Shown: piece after piece, positions 32,876 through 42,152 of the stretch
Numbering within the stretch: the first letter of the stretch is position 1
Layout: the number at the start of each line of letters is the position of its first letter
NCBI GenBank assembly: GCA_038821645.1
Contig: JAWBDT010000013.1
Location: forward strand, 1 to 55,611
Length of the DNA: 55,611 nucleotides
Origin: Ignisphaera sp.
Lineage (GTDB): Archaea > Thermoproteota > Thermoprotei_A > Sulfolobales > Ignisphaeraceae
Direction of reading: 5' to 3'
Position numbers and translations under genes: made by a program
Notes under the pieces: model-generated
What the model was told of the DNA's origin: nothing
The model's database searches: none
What the model saw: the letters and a program-made list of their open reading frames with translations, nothing else

Positions 32876-34639
32876 TTAATCTTTTGGTTCAATAACTTGG
32901 TAACTCAAGCTAAATATATCGTATCCTTCTAGACCTATGTCTAAAACATTTACAAGATCCTGTAATGGAACTCTTACCTGTCTTCTAGTGTCTCTATCTC
33001 TGACAGTTACTGTAGATCCTGTGCTTATACTCTCATAATCTATTGTAACAACAAAAGGTATACCTATTTCATCAGCTATAGCATACTTCTTACCTATAGA
33101 TTCTCCCTCTAATATGAGTACATAGTACCTAGATTTTATCATCTCATAGATCTTAGATGCCATAGATTTAAAAAGCGGTTTATCTACAAGGGTGGCTATA
33201 CCCACCTTTATAGGTGCCAACTTCTTAGGTAGAGATAGAACGATCCTCCCATTCTCTAGCTCTCTATATGCATACTCGAGAGCTATATACATAAGTCTCT
33301 CAGCTCCAAAGGAGGGCTCAGATACATGTGGTATAAATTTCTCTACCCATACTTTTTCCACACTATCCTCAACTACAAATACAGACTTTGGTATAGTAAT
33401 ACCATCAATAACAACATTATCACCTACAGCTGATTCCAATACTTTAAGAAGCTCTTCTGAAGAATAGTTAGATAGAACCTTGAACACTTCTCCTGCTCGT
33501 GGGCCATAGATATTCAGAATAAGCTTCTTATCATATCTAGCTATACGTTTTTTGATTACCAGGGGCTCTTTAAGTTGACGAAGAGCATAGAGATCAGATC
33601 CACTATACTTGGCATGTCTCTCGAGATCATAGCTATGTCTATAGGCATGTCCTGAAACCTCTAGCTTACCCCACTTATCTACAATAACTATTTGATCGAA
33701 TGTTTGTCTAGAGTAGTGTGCTCTTTCTGAAGGTAGTTTCTCCTCGAAATAGTTATTTTCATCAGATACACCTATCATTGATATAAATCTCTTCGATACA
33801 CACATCCAGTAAGCAAGCCACGGACTTATAATGATGTTCTCTCTAAAAGCCTCGGTAGGAGAAATGGTTATTGGTTTAGATTCTCCACGAGCTCTTTGTT
33901 CAGCTGTCAAAATCCTTACCTTCTCATTACTACACTTCTCTTCAAGAATAGAACAATCCAGATTTTGTGCATCATAGAAGAACTCTATCTCCATTATTGT
34001 AAATTCTCTCAATCTTATAGGTCCTTGCCTAGGGGAGATCTCATTTCGTGCCACTCTACCTATCTGTGCAATACCGAACGGAAGACGCTTCTTCATTAAC
34101 TCATAGATACGTTTGAAGTTTATGAACATTCCTTGAGCTGCTTCAGGTCTTAGATAAGCTAAGTTTTCTGGTGAATAGGGTCCTACAAATGTTTGAAAGA
34201 GCAATAGGAAACGTCTAACTTCCGAGAGTCTTCCTCCACAAGCGGGACAAACAATGCCATGATCTTTTATAAGTTTTCCTAACTCTGTTTCGCTTAATCC
34301 TTCAGCTGATATACCAAGAGTTTCCTCGATAAGGTGATCAGCTCTATAGACACGACGACAAGAGAGACATTCTACAGCATAATCTGTAAAACTTTCTTCA
34401 TGTCCACTTGCTCTAAAAACTATAGCGGGATTTATTATCGGTGTCTCTATCTCTACAACAATATCTTGATGCTGTTTAACAAACACTTCACGCCATAGAT
34501 TCACTATATTGTTCTTCAGCAAGACACCGAGAGGCCCCAAATCATAAAATCCAGCTTGTCCTCCATATATCTCGAATGAAGGCCATATAAATCCTCTTCT
34601 AAGGGCTAGATTCATGACCTTATCGTACTTTGTACTCAC
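32876..34639 (-). CDS. glyS: Glycyl-tRNA synthetase (alpha2 type)
   Basis: RRGF..PSFEIYGG, YLRPEAAQG, RNEISPRQG..RLREF, EPSFG. Confidence 0.96.
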   Translation of the reverse strand: MSTKYDKVMNLALRRGFIWPSFEIYGGQAGFYDLGPLGVLLKNNIVNLWREVFVKQHQDIVVEIETPIINPAIVFRASGHEESFTDYAVECLSCRRVYRADHLIEETLGISAEGLSETELGKLIKDHGIVCPACGGRLSEVRRFLLLFQTFVGPYSPENLAYLRPEAAQGMFINFKRIYELMKKRLPFGIAQIGRVARNEISPRQGPIRLREFTIMEIEFFYDAQNLDCSILEEKCSNEKVRILTAEQRARGESKPITISPTEAFRENIIISPWLAYWMCVSKRFISMIGVSDENNYFEEKLPSERAHYSRQTFDQIVIVDKWGKLEVSGHAYRHSYDLERHAKYSGSDLYALRQLKEPLVIKKRIARYDKKLILNIYGPRAGEVFKVLSNYSSEELLKVLESAVGDNVVIDGITIPKSVFVVEDSVEKVWVEKFIPHVSEPSFGAERLMYIALEYAYRELENGRIVLSLPKKLAPIKVGIATLVDKPLFKSMASKIYEMIKSRYYVLILEGESIGKKYAIADEIGIPFVVTIDYESISTGSTVTVRDRDTRRQVRVPLQDLVNVLDIGLEGYDIFSLSYQVIEPKD

Positions 34640-34749
34640 AAATATGCACCAGTATTGTCTTCTGTAGAGCTAAAGTTATACTGAACAGAGTATTAAGGTT
34701 ATTATAGGTAATAATGGTGGGATAAGCATTATAGTACAAGGTGTAGATC

Positions 34750-35688
34750 ATGTATTCCAAGATGTATTTAACTGACATAGAATCTGGAGAAGCATTTTTA
34801 GGTTTTAATAAGAATAAGAATGAGACGCCATTTACAATCTTGGGCATTCCTTTAGATATGTCTTCATCGTTCAGAGGTGGATGTGGTATAGCGCCAAGAA
34901 GGATTAGATTTGTATCTAGATCACTAGAGTTGTGTTCAACAATGACTGGAATAGATGTAGAGTCTATAGGATTTGAGGACGTAGGTGATGTAGTATTGTC
35001 TCCAGGTGATATGCAGAGTTCATTGAAAAGAATAGAGTATGTGGTAAGAGAACTTCTCAAAGATAAAGATAGGATACTAATAGCTATTGGTGGTGAACAC
35101 ACAATAACTCTACCCATTTTCAAGAGTCTAGCTTCAGAAAGATCACAGTGCCTGGTTGTATTAGATGCACATGCAGACCTAAGAGATGAATATCTAGGAT
35201 CAAGATATAATCATGCTACAGTAATTAGAAGAACTATTGAAGAAACCAAGAGCAGGATAATACTGATAGGTGCTAGAGCTCTAAGTAGAGAAGAGATAGA
35301 AGCATATCATCAGCTGAAGGAGTATATAACCATCATTAGGGTATGGCAAGGAAATATCCATTCAAATATAGAGAAAGAACTACTACATGAGTTAGAGAGT
35401 TGTAGCAGGTTACACATATCGATAGATATGGATATACTTGATCCAACATACGCACCTGGTGTACAAACACCAGAACCCTTAGGACTGGATCCAGCTACAC
35501 TACTCAAAATACTGTCACTAGTTGCTAACAATAGGGTACGTGTAATCGATTTAGTAGAGGTATCGCCTATATATGATCAATCAGATGTAACATCATTTCT
35601 TGCAGCAAAAATAATCATAGAATTAACAGCAACAATATACAAAAATATTTATGGAGATAGAGCAGAAAAGTATATGTGTAGGATATAG
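34750..35688 (+). CDS. speB: Agmatinase
   Basis: GGEH, DAHAD, SIDMD..DP..APG..TPE, VEVSP. Confidence 0.9.
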   Translation: MYSKMYLTDIESGEAFLGFNKNKNETPFTILGIPLDMSSSFRGGCGIAPRRIRFVSRSLELCSTMTGIDVESIGFEDVGDVVLSPGDMQSSLKRIEYVVRELLKDKDRILIAIGGEHTITLPIFKSLASERSQCLVVLDAHADLRDEYLGSRYNHATVIRRTIEETKSRIILIGARALSREEIEAYHQLKEYITIIRVWQGNIHSNIEKELLHELESCSRLHISIDMDILDPTYAPGVQTPEPLGLDPATLLKILSLVANNRVRVIDLVEVSPIYDQSDVTSFLAAKIIIELTATIYKNIYGDRAEKYMCRI

Positions 35689-35693
35689 AAATA

Positions 35694-35923
35694 TGGTAGC
35701 CGGGCGGGGATTCGAACCCCGGTCACGGGGGCTCTTCTCTTAACCGCCGCCACCCAGGCAGAGCTAAGCATTATCAGTATAGGTTGATAGGTATTTAAGT
35801 TTTCATAGATCTTCTAAAGATGTAGAGTTATTCTGAATCAATATATTGAATAAGAACAATTTTGTGTGGGTGGCGGCGGTTAGATCCAAAGCCCCGCATC
35901 CTTGGCCGCTAGACGACCCGGCT
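35694..35923 (-). tRNA. tRNA-Gln(TTG) interrupted at 37/38 by 154 nt (35732-35885); candidate split tRNA (5' half 35886-35923, 3' half 35694-35731 incl. CCA)
   Basis: AGCCGGG...CTTTGG | CCCCCGTG...CCCGGCTACCA; BHB CUUU/GAAG; 16-bp complementary flanks 35741-56 and 35867-82. Confidence 0.93.
35792..35804 (-). promoter_or_regulatory. BRE/TATA inside the tRNA-Gln intervening sequence (putative promoter for the 3' half)
   Basis: Minus strand GAAAACTTAAATA, ~35 nt upstream of the 3' complementary leader. Confidence 0.7.
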
Positions 35924-35953
35924 ACTTCAGGAGATAATTTATTGTTAGCTAAG

Positions 35954-35966
35954 GTTAAAAACTTTT
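35954..35966 (-). promoter_or_regulatory. BRE/TATA for tRNA-Gln 5' half
   Basis: Minus strand AAAAGTTTTTAAC ~30 nt upstream of tRNA position 1. Confidence 0.65.
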
Positions 35967-36043
35967 GTAGTTAGTGATAGCTTAGAGAGGATTATAGAAA
36001 AATTTATAAGCTTTTCGCTCAAAGATTTAAGAGGTAGACTCTT

Positions 36044-36991
36044 ATGGTAATAAGACCTTCAGAACCTTCTCCAGAAGATATTGTTTCGAGATGTCCTAGC
36101 GGTAATATTGTGTATGATGAAATTAGTGGTGAATGGATTTGTGCAGATAGTGGTGAAGTTATTTCCGAACATGTTATTGATAGAGGACCAGAATGGCGTG
36201 CTTTTACTGCAGAAGAGAAGGAGAGGAGAAGTCGTGCTGGAAGCCCTATTAATATAGCTCTACAAGATAGTGGGCTATCGACCATTATAGATTGGTATGA
36301 TAGAGATGCATCAAGTAGGAAGCTAGATCTCAAGAGAAGACTCGAACTCATTAGGATAAGAAGATGGCATAGTAGGACAAGGATCCAGAGTGCTGTAAGT
36401 AGAAATATCTTGCAGGCTCTAAATGAGCTTGAGAGAGTGGCAGAACAACTCAATTTACCTAGGTTTGTAAAAGAGGAAGCTGCAATAATATATAGAAGAG
36501 CCATAGAGAGAGAACTTGTACGTGGAAGAGCGATAGAGAGTATGGTTGCAGCAGCACTTTATGCTGCTTGCAGAATACATGGTGTACCTAGAACTCTTGA
36601 TGAGATTTCAAAATATACAAAGAGTAGTAGGAAGGATATTGCTAGATGTTACAGACTTCTTGTGAGAGAATTAAGCCTCAAGATACCTATTGTAGATGCT
36701 ACAGAATATGCTCAAAGAATAGCATCAATGCTGGGTCTTAGTGGAGCTACAGCAAAACTTGCAGTAGATATTATCCAGAAGGCTAGGGAACTAGGTATAA
36801 CAGCAGGCAGAGATCCTGCAGGAATTGCAGCTGCCTCAGTATATATAGCGGCTCTTATAAATGATGAGAGAAGAACACAGAAAGAAGTTGCAGCAGCTGC
36901 AGGTGTAACTGAGGTAACAGTCAGAAATAGATATAAAGAACTTACAAAGGTGTTGAACACTCTCAAGATAAATAGTGAGGAAGAGACATAA
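36044..36991 (+). CDS. tfb: Transcription initiation factor B
   Basis: [11 protein letters not shown]-reader, two cyclin repeats, [22 protein letters not shown]. Confidence 0.96.
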   Translation: MVIRPSEPSPEDIVSRCPSGNIVYDEISGEWICADSGEVISEHVIDRGPEWRAFTAEEKERRSRAGSPINIALQDSGLSTIIDWYDRDASSRKLDLKRRLELIRIRRWHSRTRIQSAVSRNILQALNELERVAEQLNLPRFVKEEAAIIYRRAIERELVRGRAIESMVAAALYAACRIHGVPRTLDEISKYTKSSRKDIARCYRLLVRELSLKIPIVDATEYAQRIASMLGLSGATAKLAVDIIQKARELGITAGRDPAGIAAASVYIAALINDERRTQKEVAAAAGVTEVTVRNRYKELTKVLNTLKINSEEET

Positions 36992-37000
36992 ACATTGAAT

Positions 37001-37147
37001 TCAAATTGCTTTCAATATCTTTATCTCGCTACTTCTACTTTTTGCTATAACTCTATATCCGCAATAGGGACATCTAATACTCAACATGACTTTTAACTCT
37101 GATTCATCAAATTCTTTGTAGCATTTTATACATATGTACTTGACCAT
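37001..37147 (-). CDS. rpoP: RNA polymerase subunit Rpo12 (P)
   Basis: MVKYICIKC...IRCPYCGYRVI.K.R......KAI. Confidence 0.9.
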   Translation of the reverse strand: MVKYICIKCYKEFDESELKVMLSIRCPYCGYRVIAKSRSSEIKILKAI

Positions 37148-37233
37148 ATCATTCAACCTTGTGTACACATCATATAGAAAACTAGTCAAATTTTTAAACT
37201 GTTACGCTAGAAACTGTATGGGCATGCAAACCA

Positions 37234-37554
37234 ATGAAAATAGATACACTATGTATGGGATTACCTCCAGAACTATGTGCACAACTTGAAACAGAGTCAC
37301 AAATCATAAAGATAAAATTAGAGCGCAGAAAAATGAGTAAGGTTGTGACAGTAATAGAGGGTATAGATGATAAAGCTTTTGATCTAAAGAAGCTTGCTTC
37401 TTACTTAAAGACGAAGTTAGCTGCCGGAGGTACTCTAAAAAATGGTAGAATAGAGATACAAGGAGATCATAGATCTAAAGTAAAGAAGATATTGGTTGAA
37501 GAGTTAGGATTCAATCCCGATAACATAGTATTCATAGAAGAAGGAGGATCATAA
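37234..37554 (+). CDS. Translation initiation factor aIF1 (SUI1)
   Basis: [35 protein letters not shown]. Confidence 0.93.
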   Translation: MKIDTLCMGLPPELCAQLETESQIIKIKLERRKMSKVVTVIEGIDDKAFDLKKLASYLKTKLAAGGTLKNGRIEIQGDHRSKVKKILVEELGFNPDNIVFIEEGGS

Positions 37555-37689
37555 TTCGGTAAAAGAGTAAGGTTAGTGAAGCACAATAGCTCTGGTTCCA
37601 GTAATGAACTATACGATCAATTCAAAGTTTTTGTCCCACTCAATATGGACTTGCTTCCTTGTGTTAAGTTCTGTCTACACTTAAAGTAG

Positions 37690-37739
37690 TCAGGGCGAGA
37701 GCTCTTCATCATGAATCAGTCGGTTTGCGTAATCATCAT
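37690..37739 (-). ncRNA. C/D box sRNA, double guide to 23S helix 89 region
   Basis: Perfect boxes ATGATGA-TTACGCAAACCGA-CTGA-TTC-ATGATGA-AGAGCTCTCGCC-CTGA; matches 23S 24880-87 and 24857-65. Confidence 0.9.
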
Positions 37740-37765
37740 TCAACTCAATACATACATCACAATAC

Positions 37766-38662
37766 TTATCGTTTAACTAGATACAAAACGTATTTGGCTA
37801 AATGTATTGCTGGATTAATTCCTGTAGCTTTTTGAATACCTCTCCATTGCGGAGATGCATTAACCTCAAAAATTACGTATCCTCTCTCAGTTTCAGCTAC
37901 ATCTATCCCGGCATAGTGAAGCTTTAGAACTTTCATAACCTTGAAAACAATGTTGTAGAGTTCTTCATCAAGATTAGATATAGGTATTGGTTTAGCTCCT
38001 TGAGCTACATTGGTTTTCCATTCATCTTTCGAGCTTTGTACGCGATAGTAAGCTGCTATAACTTCGTTACCTACGACAAGAATTCTTATATCTCTACCAG
38101 GTTTTTCTACGTATTTCTGAAGATATATAGGTTGTTTAAGTTGTGCTAAGGTTCTGGCTATTGTGTAAGTTACATCAGGATTTTCAGTCATAACTATTCC
38201 GAAACCCATACTCCCTATCACAGGCTTTATGATAGTCTTACCCCATTGTTCTGCAACTTTTAACGGTAACATAAAATCTTCTGTTACGAGGGTCTTAGGT
38301 ACCGGTAGACCAGCTCTATTTAGAAGTAGTAAACTGTAGTACTTATCTCTAGCTATAACAATAGAGTCTACTGGGTTGATCACAGGAGTGCCAAGCAATT
38401 CTAGGTGCCTAAACACATTACATCTTCTAAGGAAATTCTCTAGAGTTACTGTTGAACCTAGATCCCTTAGAATCACACCATTGAATTCTATAGGTTTTGA
38501 TGTAGCTAAATGTAGTACTGTATCATATCCTTCACCAAAGACTGAAACAAGTTCGGAAGGTCTTACATATACTGCTGAAGCACCTAGAGATTCTAGAGCA
38601 AGTATTATCTGTCTAGCACTCCATGGTGGTATTGCTCTATCAGCTACAACAGCTATCTTCAT
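37766..38662 (-). CDS. RimK/LysX-family ATP-grasp ligase
   Basis: DKY, KPVIGSMGFG, LQKYV....RDIR, WKTNVAQG, GIDV, FEVN. Confidence 0.88.
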   Translation of the reverse strand: MKIAVVADRAIPPWSARQIILALESLGASAVYVRPSELVSVFGEGYDTVLHLATSKPIEFNGVILRDLGSTVTLENFLRRCNVFRHLELLGTPVINPVDSIVIARDKYYSLLLLNRAGLPVPKTLVTEDFMLPLKVAEQWGKTIIKPVIGSMGFGIVMTENPDVTYTIARTLAQLKQPIYLQKYVEKPGRDIRILVVGNEVIAAYYRVQSSKDEWKTNVAQGAKPIPISNLDEELYNIVFKVMKVLKLHYAGIDVAETERGYVIFEVNASPQWRGIQKATGINPAIHLAKYVLYLVKR

Positions 38663-38739
38663 GAATATCACTTCAATGGTTTTAAGTTCAATAACTACAG
38701 ACCTTAGCTAAGTTTAAGAATCTAGATGAAGTACTTTAA

Positions 38740-39378
38740 TCAGAAATGTACACCAAATAATTGCATTATTCGAAATACCAATAATATCGATAGAGAGATT
38801 ATAAGAGATATAGGTATTGAATCTAAAGCCATATATCCTCCTATTACTAACACCTTACCTTCGCTCTCTAGAGATCTGTACATGAATATAGCTGGAAGTA
38901 TATCAGAACCTAGAGCTATCCCCATAATTGTTGAAAAAGGTAATATGTAGTAGATATCTTCACTATGCGTTATAACCATTGAGAGAAACACAAATGATAA
39001 CGAGTATCTAATCACATTAACAAGAATCATCTTCTCTGTCGTGTATGTATGTACTACGGCTATAGCTATAGCTAGTGATAGTAACAGAATTAAGTATTGT
39101 ATCTGTATAGCTCTACATATCATCAGTATTAATGTAGAGTATAATGGAAGTAAGAAACCACAATAGTTAATGGCGATACCATTGATTAAGGGTAGACGTA
39201 TCGATCGACACACCTTCCTAGGGTTTGCTATACATGGTACCATTATAGCTAAAAAGGTGATAGTCAGTATATTCAAACAGTTCAGTAATAAACAGTAAGC
39301 AGTATACACCGTTAGTAGCAATATCATCATAATTCTCTGAATGAACCATAGATTTAGCTTATTTTTCTTCATTGTCAA
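38740..39378 (-). CDS. Membrane protein (DUF1614-like)
   Basis: IAINYCGFLLP, GSDI, IGG...LD motifs; hydrophobic. Confidence 0.6.
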   Translation of the reverse strand: MTMKKNKLNLWFIQRIMMILLLTVYTAYCLLLNCLNILTITFLAIMVPCIANPRKVCRSIRLPLINGIAINYCGFLLPLYSTLILMICRAIQIQYLILLLSLAIAIAVVHTYTTEKMILVNVIRYSLSFVFLSMVITHSEDIYYILPFSTIMGIALGSDILPAIFMYRSLESEGKVLVIGGYMALDSIPISLIISLSILLVFRIMQLFGVHF

Positions 39379-39500
39379 TCATAACTAAAGATTAATGAAA
39401 TAACACCATATAAGTACATCACCACTTATCAAAGGTCTAGTAGCCGATATACACAAATAGAAGCTTCATTGTGTAATTTGTTTAAGTACCTTAAGCATCT

Positions 39501-40214
39501 TCATATATCTACATCTATAACTGTTATGCGTTTAGTGGCTGGAAGAGATACATTAAAAATCTTGGTGGTATTAATTACAGCATAAGTTTTTGTAGAATTA
39601 TGTGCATGACCATGGATAGATATATCAGGTCTAAGACTGCTGTCTATATACTCAATTATCTTATAACCCAAAAAATCATGAATCTGTGGTAACTCTCCTT
39701 GCAGAGTTATAGACGTCGAGGCGTAATGTGTTACAAGTATCGATAACCTATATTCTCTGCATATCTTCAGTAGCTCCCTAATTTTTCTAAGCCTATTGAT
39801 GTACAAATTATCTATGTTTGGAATATTCTTTTTCTGCCATATGGTTGGTTTCTTAAGCACTCCCCGACTACCCACAATACATATTTCTGTGCCTCTAATC
39901 TCTATGACAGTATATTCATCATCTAGCCATAGAACCTCTGGATACATCTCTCTGTATTTATGTTCAAAGCCTATGTACTCTTCATTACCGAATACAGCTA
40001 CTATTGGACTATCTACAACACATCTATCGATAAGCTTATTGAGAACAGAAATAACGGGCTTCATATTGTTTATAGAATTCTTTTCCACTATATCGCCTGC
40101 AAGTATTATCAAATCGACTTTTTGATTTGCAAGTCTTAACGTAGTTATAGAGGCAAAGAAAAGCGGAAGATATCTAGGACTATGGATATCAGATACCGAT
40201 ACTATGTGCAACAT
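39501..40214 (-). CDS. Calcineurin-like metallophosphoesterase
   Basis: SDIH, AGD, GNE, THY, HGHAH. Confidence 0.88.
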   Translation of the reverse strand: MLHIVSVSDIHSPRYLPLFFASITTLRLANQKVDLIILAGDIVEKNSINNMKPVISVLNKLIDRCVVDSPIVAVFGNEEYIGFEHKYREMYPEVLWLDDEYTVIEIRGTEICIVGSRGVLKKPTIWQKKNIPNIDNLYINRLRKIRELLKICREYRLSILVTHYASTSITLQGELPQIHDFLGYKIIEYIDSSLRPDISIHGHAHNSTKTYAVINTTKIFNVSLPATKRITVIDVDI

Positions 40215-40298
40215 AACTAAACACCACCATAAGATAAGTTCATTAACACTTAAAATAGATTTGTATTTTCTCAGCACTATAAAGAGGTGTAAGATAGT

Positions 40299-40520
40299 AT
40301 GATAAAGCCTAGAGGTTGTAATGCCTCTGGTCATAAAGGATGGATTGAACTTAAGTGCAGATTATGTGCTAAAAAGCTCTACATAGGTGATGATACAATA
40401 TATGTGTGTCCTAAATGTGGTAGCAAATATGAAGCGTACTTCTGTATTGCAGACGCTAAAAAACTTCACATGAAGTGTCCATATTGTGGTTCAGATCTGA
40501 ATCTATTACTGAATATCTAA
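40299..40520 (+). CDS. Small Zn-finger protein
   Basis: CRLC...CPKCG...C..D...CPYCG. Confidence 0.75.
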   Translation: MIKPRGCNASGHKGWIELKCRLCAKKLYIGDDTIYVCPKCGSKYEAYFCIADAKKLHMKCPYCGSDLNLLLNI

Positions 40521-40667
40521 TGAATCTTGTTAACAAAACTAATGAAACGAAATATCATTGTTAAATTAAATCTATTATTTAGTGTTTTGTTTCTTCGTTA
40601 ACTAAGTGAGCATGTTGATTCAAAATATGATTAGTAATTTGGATATTCTGAACTAGGTTGAAAGTAG

Positions 40668-41024
40668 ATGAGTAATGTTGATGTTCAAAAGATAATCATA
40701 GATAGTCATAGAGAAATCGCTATAATCAAGATAAATCAAGCCACAGTTATAGCCATTATAGATGCTATAGCAAAGGCTACGAAAAAAGAGGAATACACTG
40801 AGTTGACAAGCTTTAGTACAGTTGAAATAGGTAAACGGAAAATTGAGCCGATCCATATGTGTGAAAATGCTTACAGTTACATGCTGTATGAAGAAGCACT
40901 ATGCTTAAAAAACCAAGATATATGTACAGTCATATCCTATATAGCATATATAGTGTGTAATGAGGGGAGTTGTGAGGAAGAAAGAATCATCAATACAGTT
41001 AAGTGTATTGCATCCAGATATTAA
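40668..41024 (+). CDS. Hypothetical protein
   Basis: 118-aa ORF with upstream AGGTTGA. Confidence 0.55.
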   Translation: MSNVDVQKIIIDSHREIAIIKINQATVIAIIDAIAKATKKEEYTELTSFSTVEIGKRKIEPIHMCENAYSYMLYEEALCLKNQDICTVISYIAYIVCNEGSCEEERIINTVKCIASRY

Positions 41025-41090
41025 AATGGATGCTTCCATCGAGAAAGAGACTTAGCCTTTAAATTCTGTAGCGATACTCAAAAGTTATAA

Positions 41091-41423
41091 ATGGGTGTGA
41101 AGATGAGACAAGAACTTGCATTAAAAAAGCTTATCGAATATGTAGCTAGAAGGGCATCTTTATTAAGTCAAAAGTATGAATTAAGAGAACTTATAACACC
41201 TTCTATTGTATCAATGATGGATAAAGCAATAGACAAGATGGTGGCGACTATAGTTAAGAGAAATGGAGGACTATGGTGTAATCTTTGTGACAAAGGACCC
41301 TTCACAAAGAGAGGATTTTATCTACATCTTGTACGAGTTCACTCAAGAGATATAGAGTTCATGGTTAAAGAAGAGATGAAGAAACTTCTAGAAGCGGTAA
41401 ACCGTAAAACCTCACCAGCTTAG
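41091..41423 (+). CDS. C2H2-type Zn-finger protein
   Basis: CNLC..GPFT..G.YLHL.RVH. Confidence 0.75.
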   Translation: MGVKMRQELALKKLIEYVARRASLLSQKYELRELITPSIVSMMDKAIDKMVATIVKRNGGLWCNLCDKGPFTKRGFYLHLVRVHSRDIEFMVKEEMKKLLEAVNRKTSPA

Positions 41424-41443
41424 ATTTGTTTTAGGAGCTGTGT

Positions 41444-42082
41444 ATGGTGAGAGTGTACGCTTTTGATGTAGATGGAACATTAACACCGATTAGAAGTTGC
41501 TGGAGATTCATTCACAATATTCTCAATACTGTGCACAGATCTAGAAACTATTCAAAGTATTTCTTTGAAGGTTTGTTAAGCTATGATGAATGGGTAGCAA
41601 TGGAGCTAAATCTATGGAAAAATATAGATGTTGAAGTCTTCAAAAGAATTGTGTATGCTATTCCATGGAGAAACGGTATAGAGGATTTAGTAGAATTTAG
41701 GCATAAAAAGTCTAGAGATGTATTTATAGCTGTTTCAGGGGGATTTAATTTCTTAGGTGAAAGAGCAGTACGTGAACTCAAATTCAATTCATATATAGGT
41801 GTAGAGTTAGAAATATTGAATGGAAGACTTACAGGTTATGCATTGAGTTATCCAGATTTCAATGGTAAAGGTACGGAATTGATAGAGTATCTGCGTAGCA
41901 ATAGTATAGAGTATAGCGAATTGATATGTATAGGTGATAATATTAACGATATCGATATGTTTAGATACTGCGATGTATCCATAGGCTTCTGTCCTTCAAA
42001 AAACTTGAGAAGAGATTATGTCAATATATTCATTAATTCATGTAGCATAAGGAATCTTGTAAATATACTTTATACAATTTAA
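41444..42082 (+). CDS. HAD-superfamily phosphatase (phosphoserine phosphatase-like)
   Basis: FDVDGTL, VSGG, K, IGDNINDI. Confidence 0.88.
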   Translation: MVRVYAFDVDGTLTPIRSCWRFIHNILNTVHRSRNYSKYFFEGLLSYDEWVAMELNLWKNIDVEVFKRIVYAIPWRNGIEDLVEFRHKKSRDVFIAVSGGFNFLGERAVRELKFNSYIGVELEILNGRLTGYALSYPDFNGKGTELIEYLRSNSIEYSELICIGDNINDIDMFRYCDVSIGFCPSKNLRRDYVNIFINSCSIRNLVNILYTI

Positions 42083-42152
42083 TGTAGCTATATCTACTGT
42101 ATACTGTAATCACTTTAAGCCTTAAGTACTAGTTACATTAGTACTAGTTAGG

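Noticed and set aside
35757-35866. C/D guide or ORF inside the tRNA-Gln intervening sequence, as in tRNA-Trp introns
   Set aside because: No C/C' box pair and no meaningful ORF on the tRNA strand; a promoter explains the sequence better
36089-36160. TFB Zn ribbon with only two Cys
   Set aside because: Degenerate ribbons are already known in crenarchaeal TFB1; not novel
42125-42150. Direct repeat AGTACTAGTTA x2 before the surface-protein gene
   Set aside because: Short, single instance in CTAG-rich DNA; not enough to call an operator
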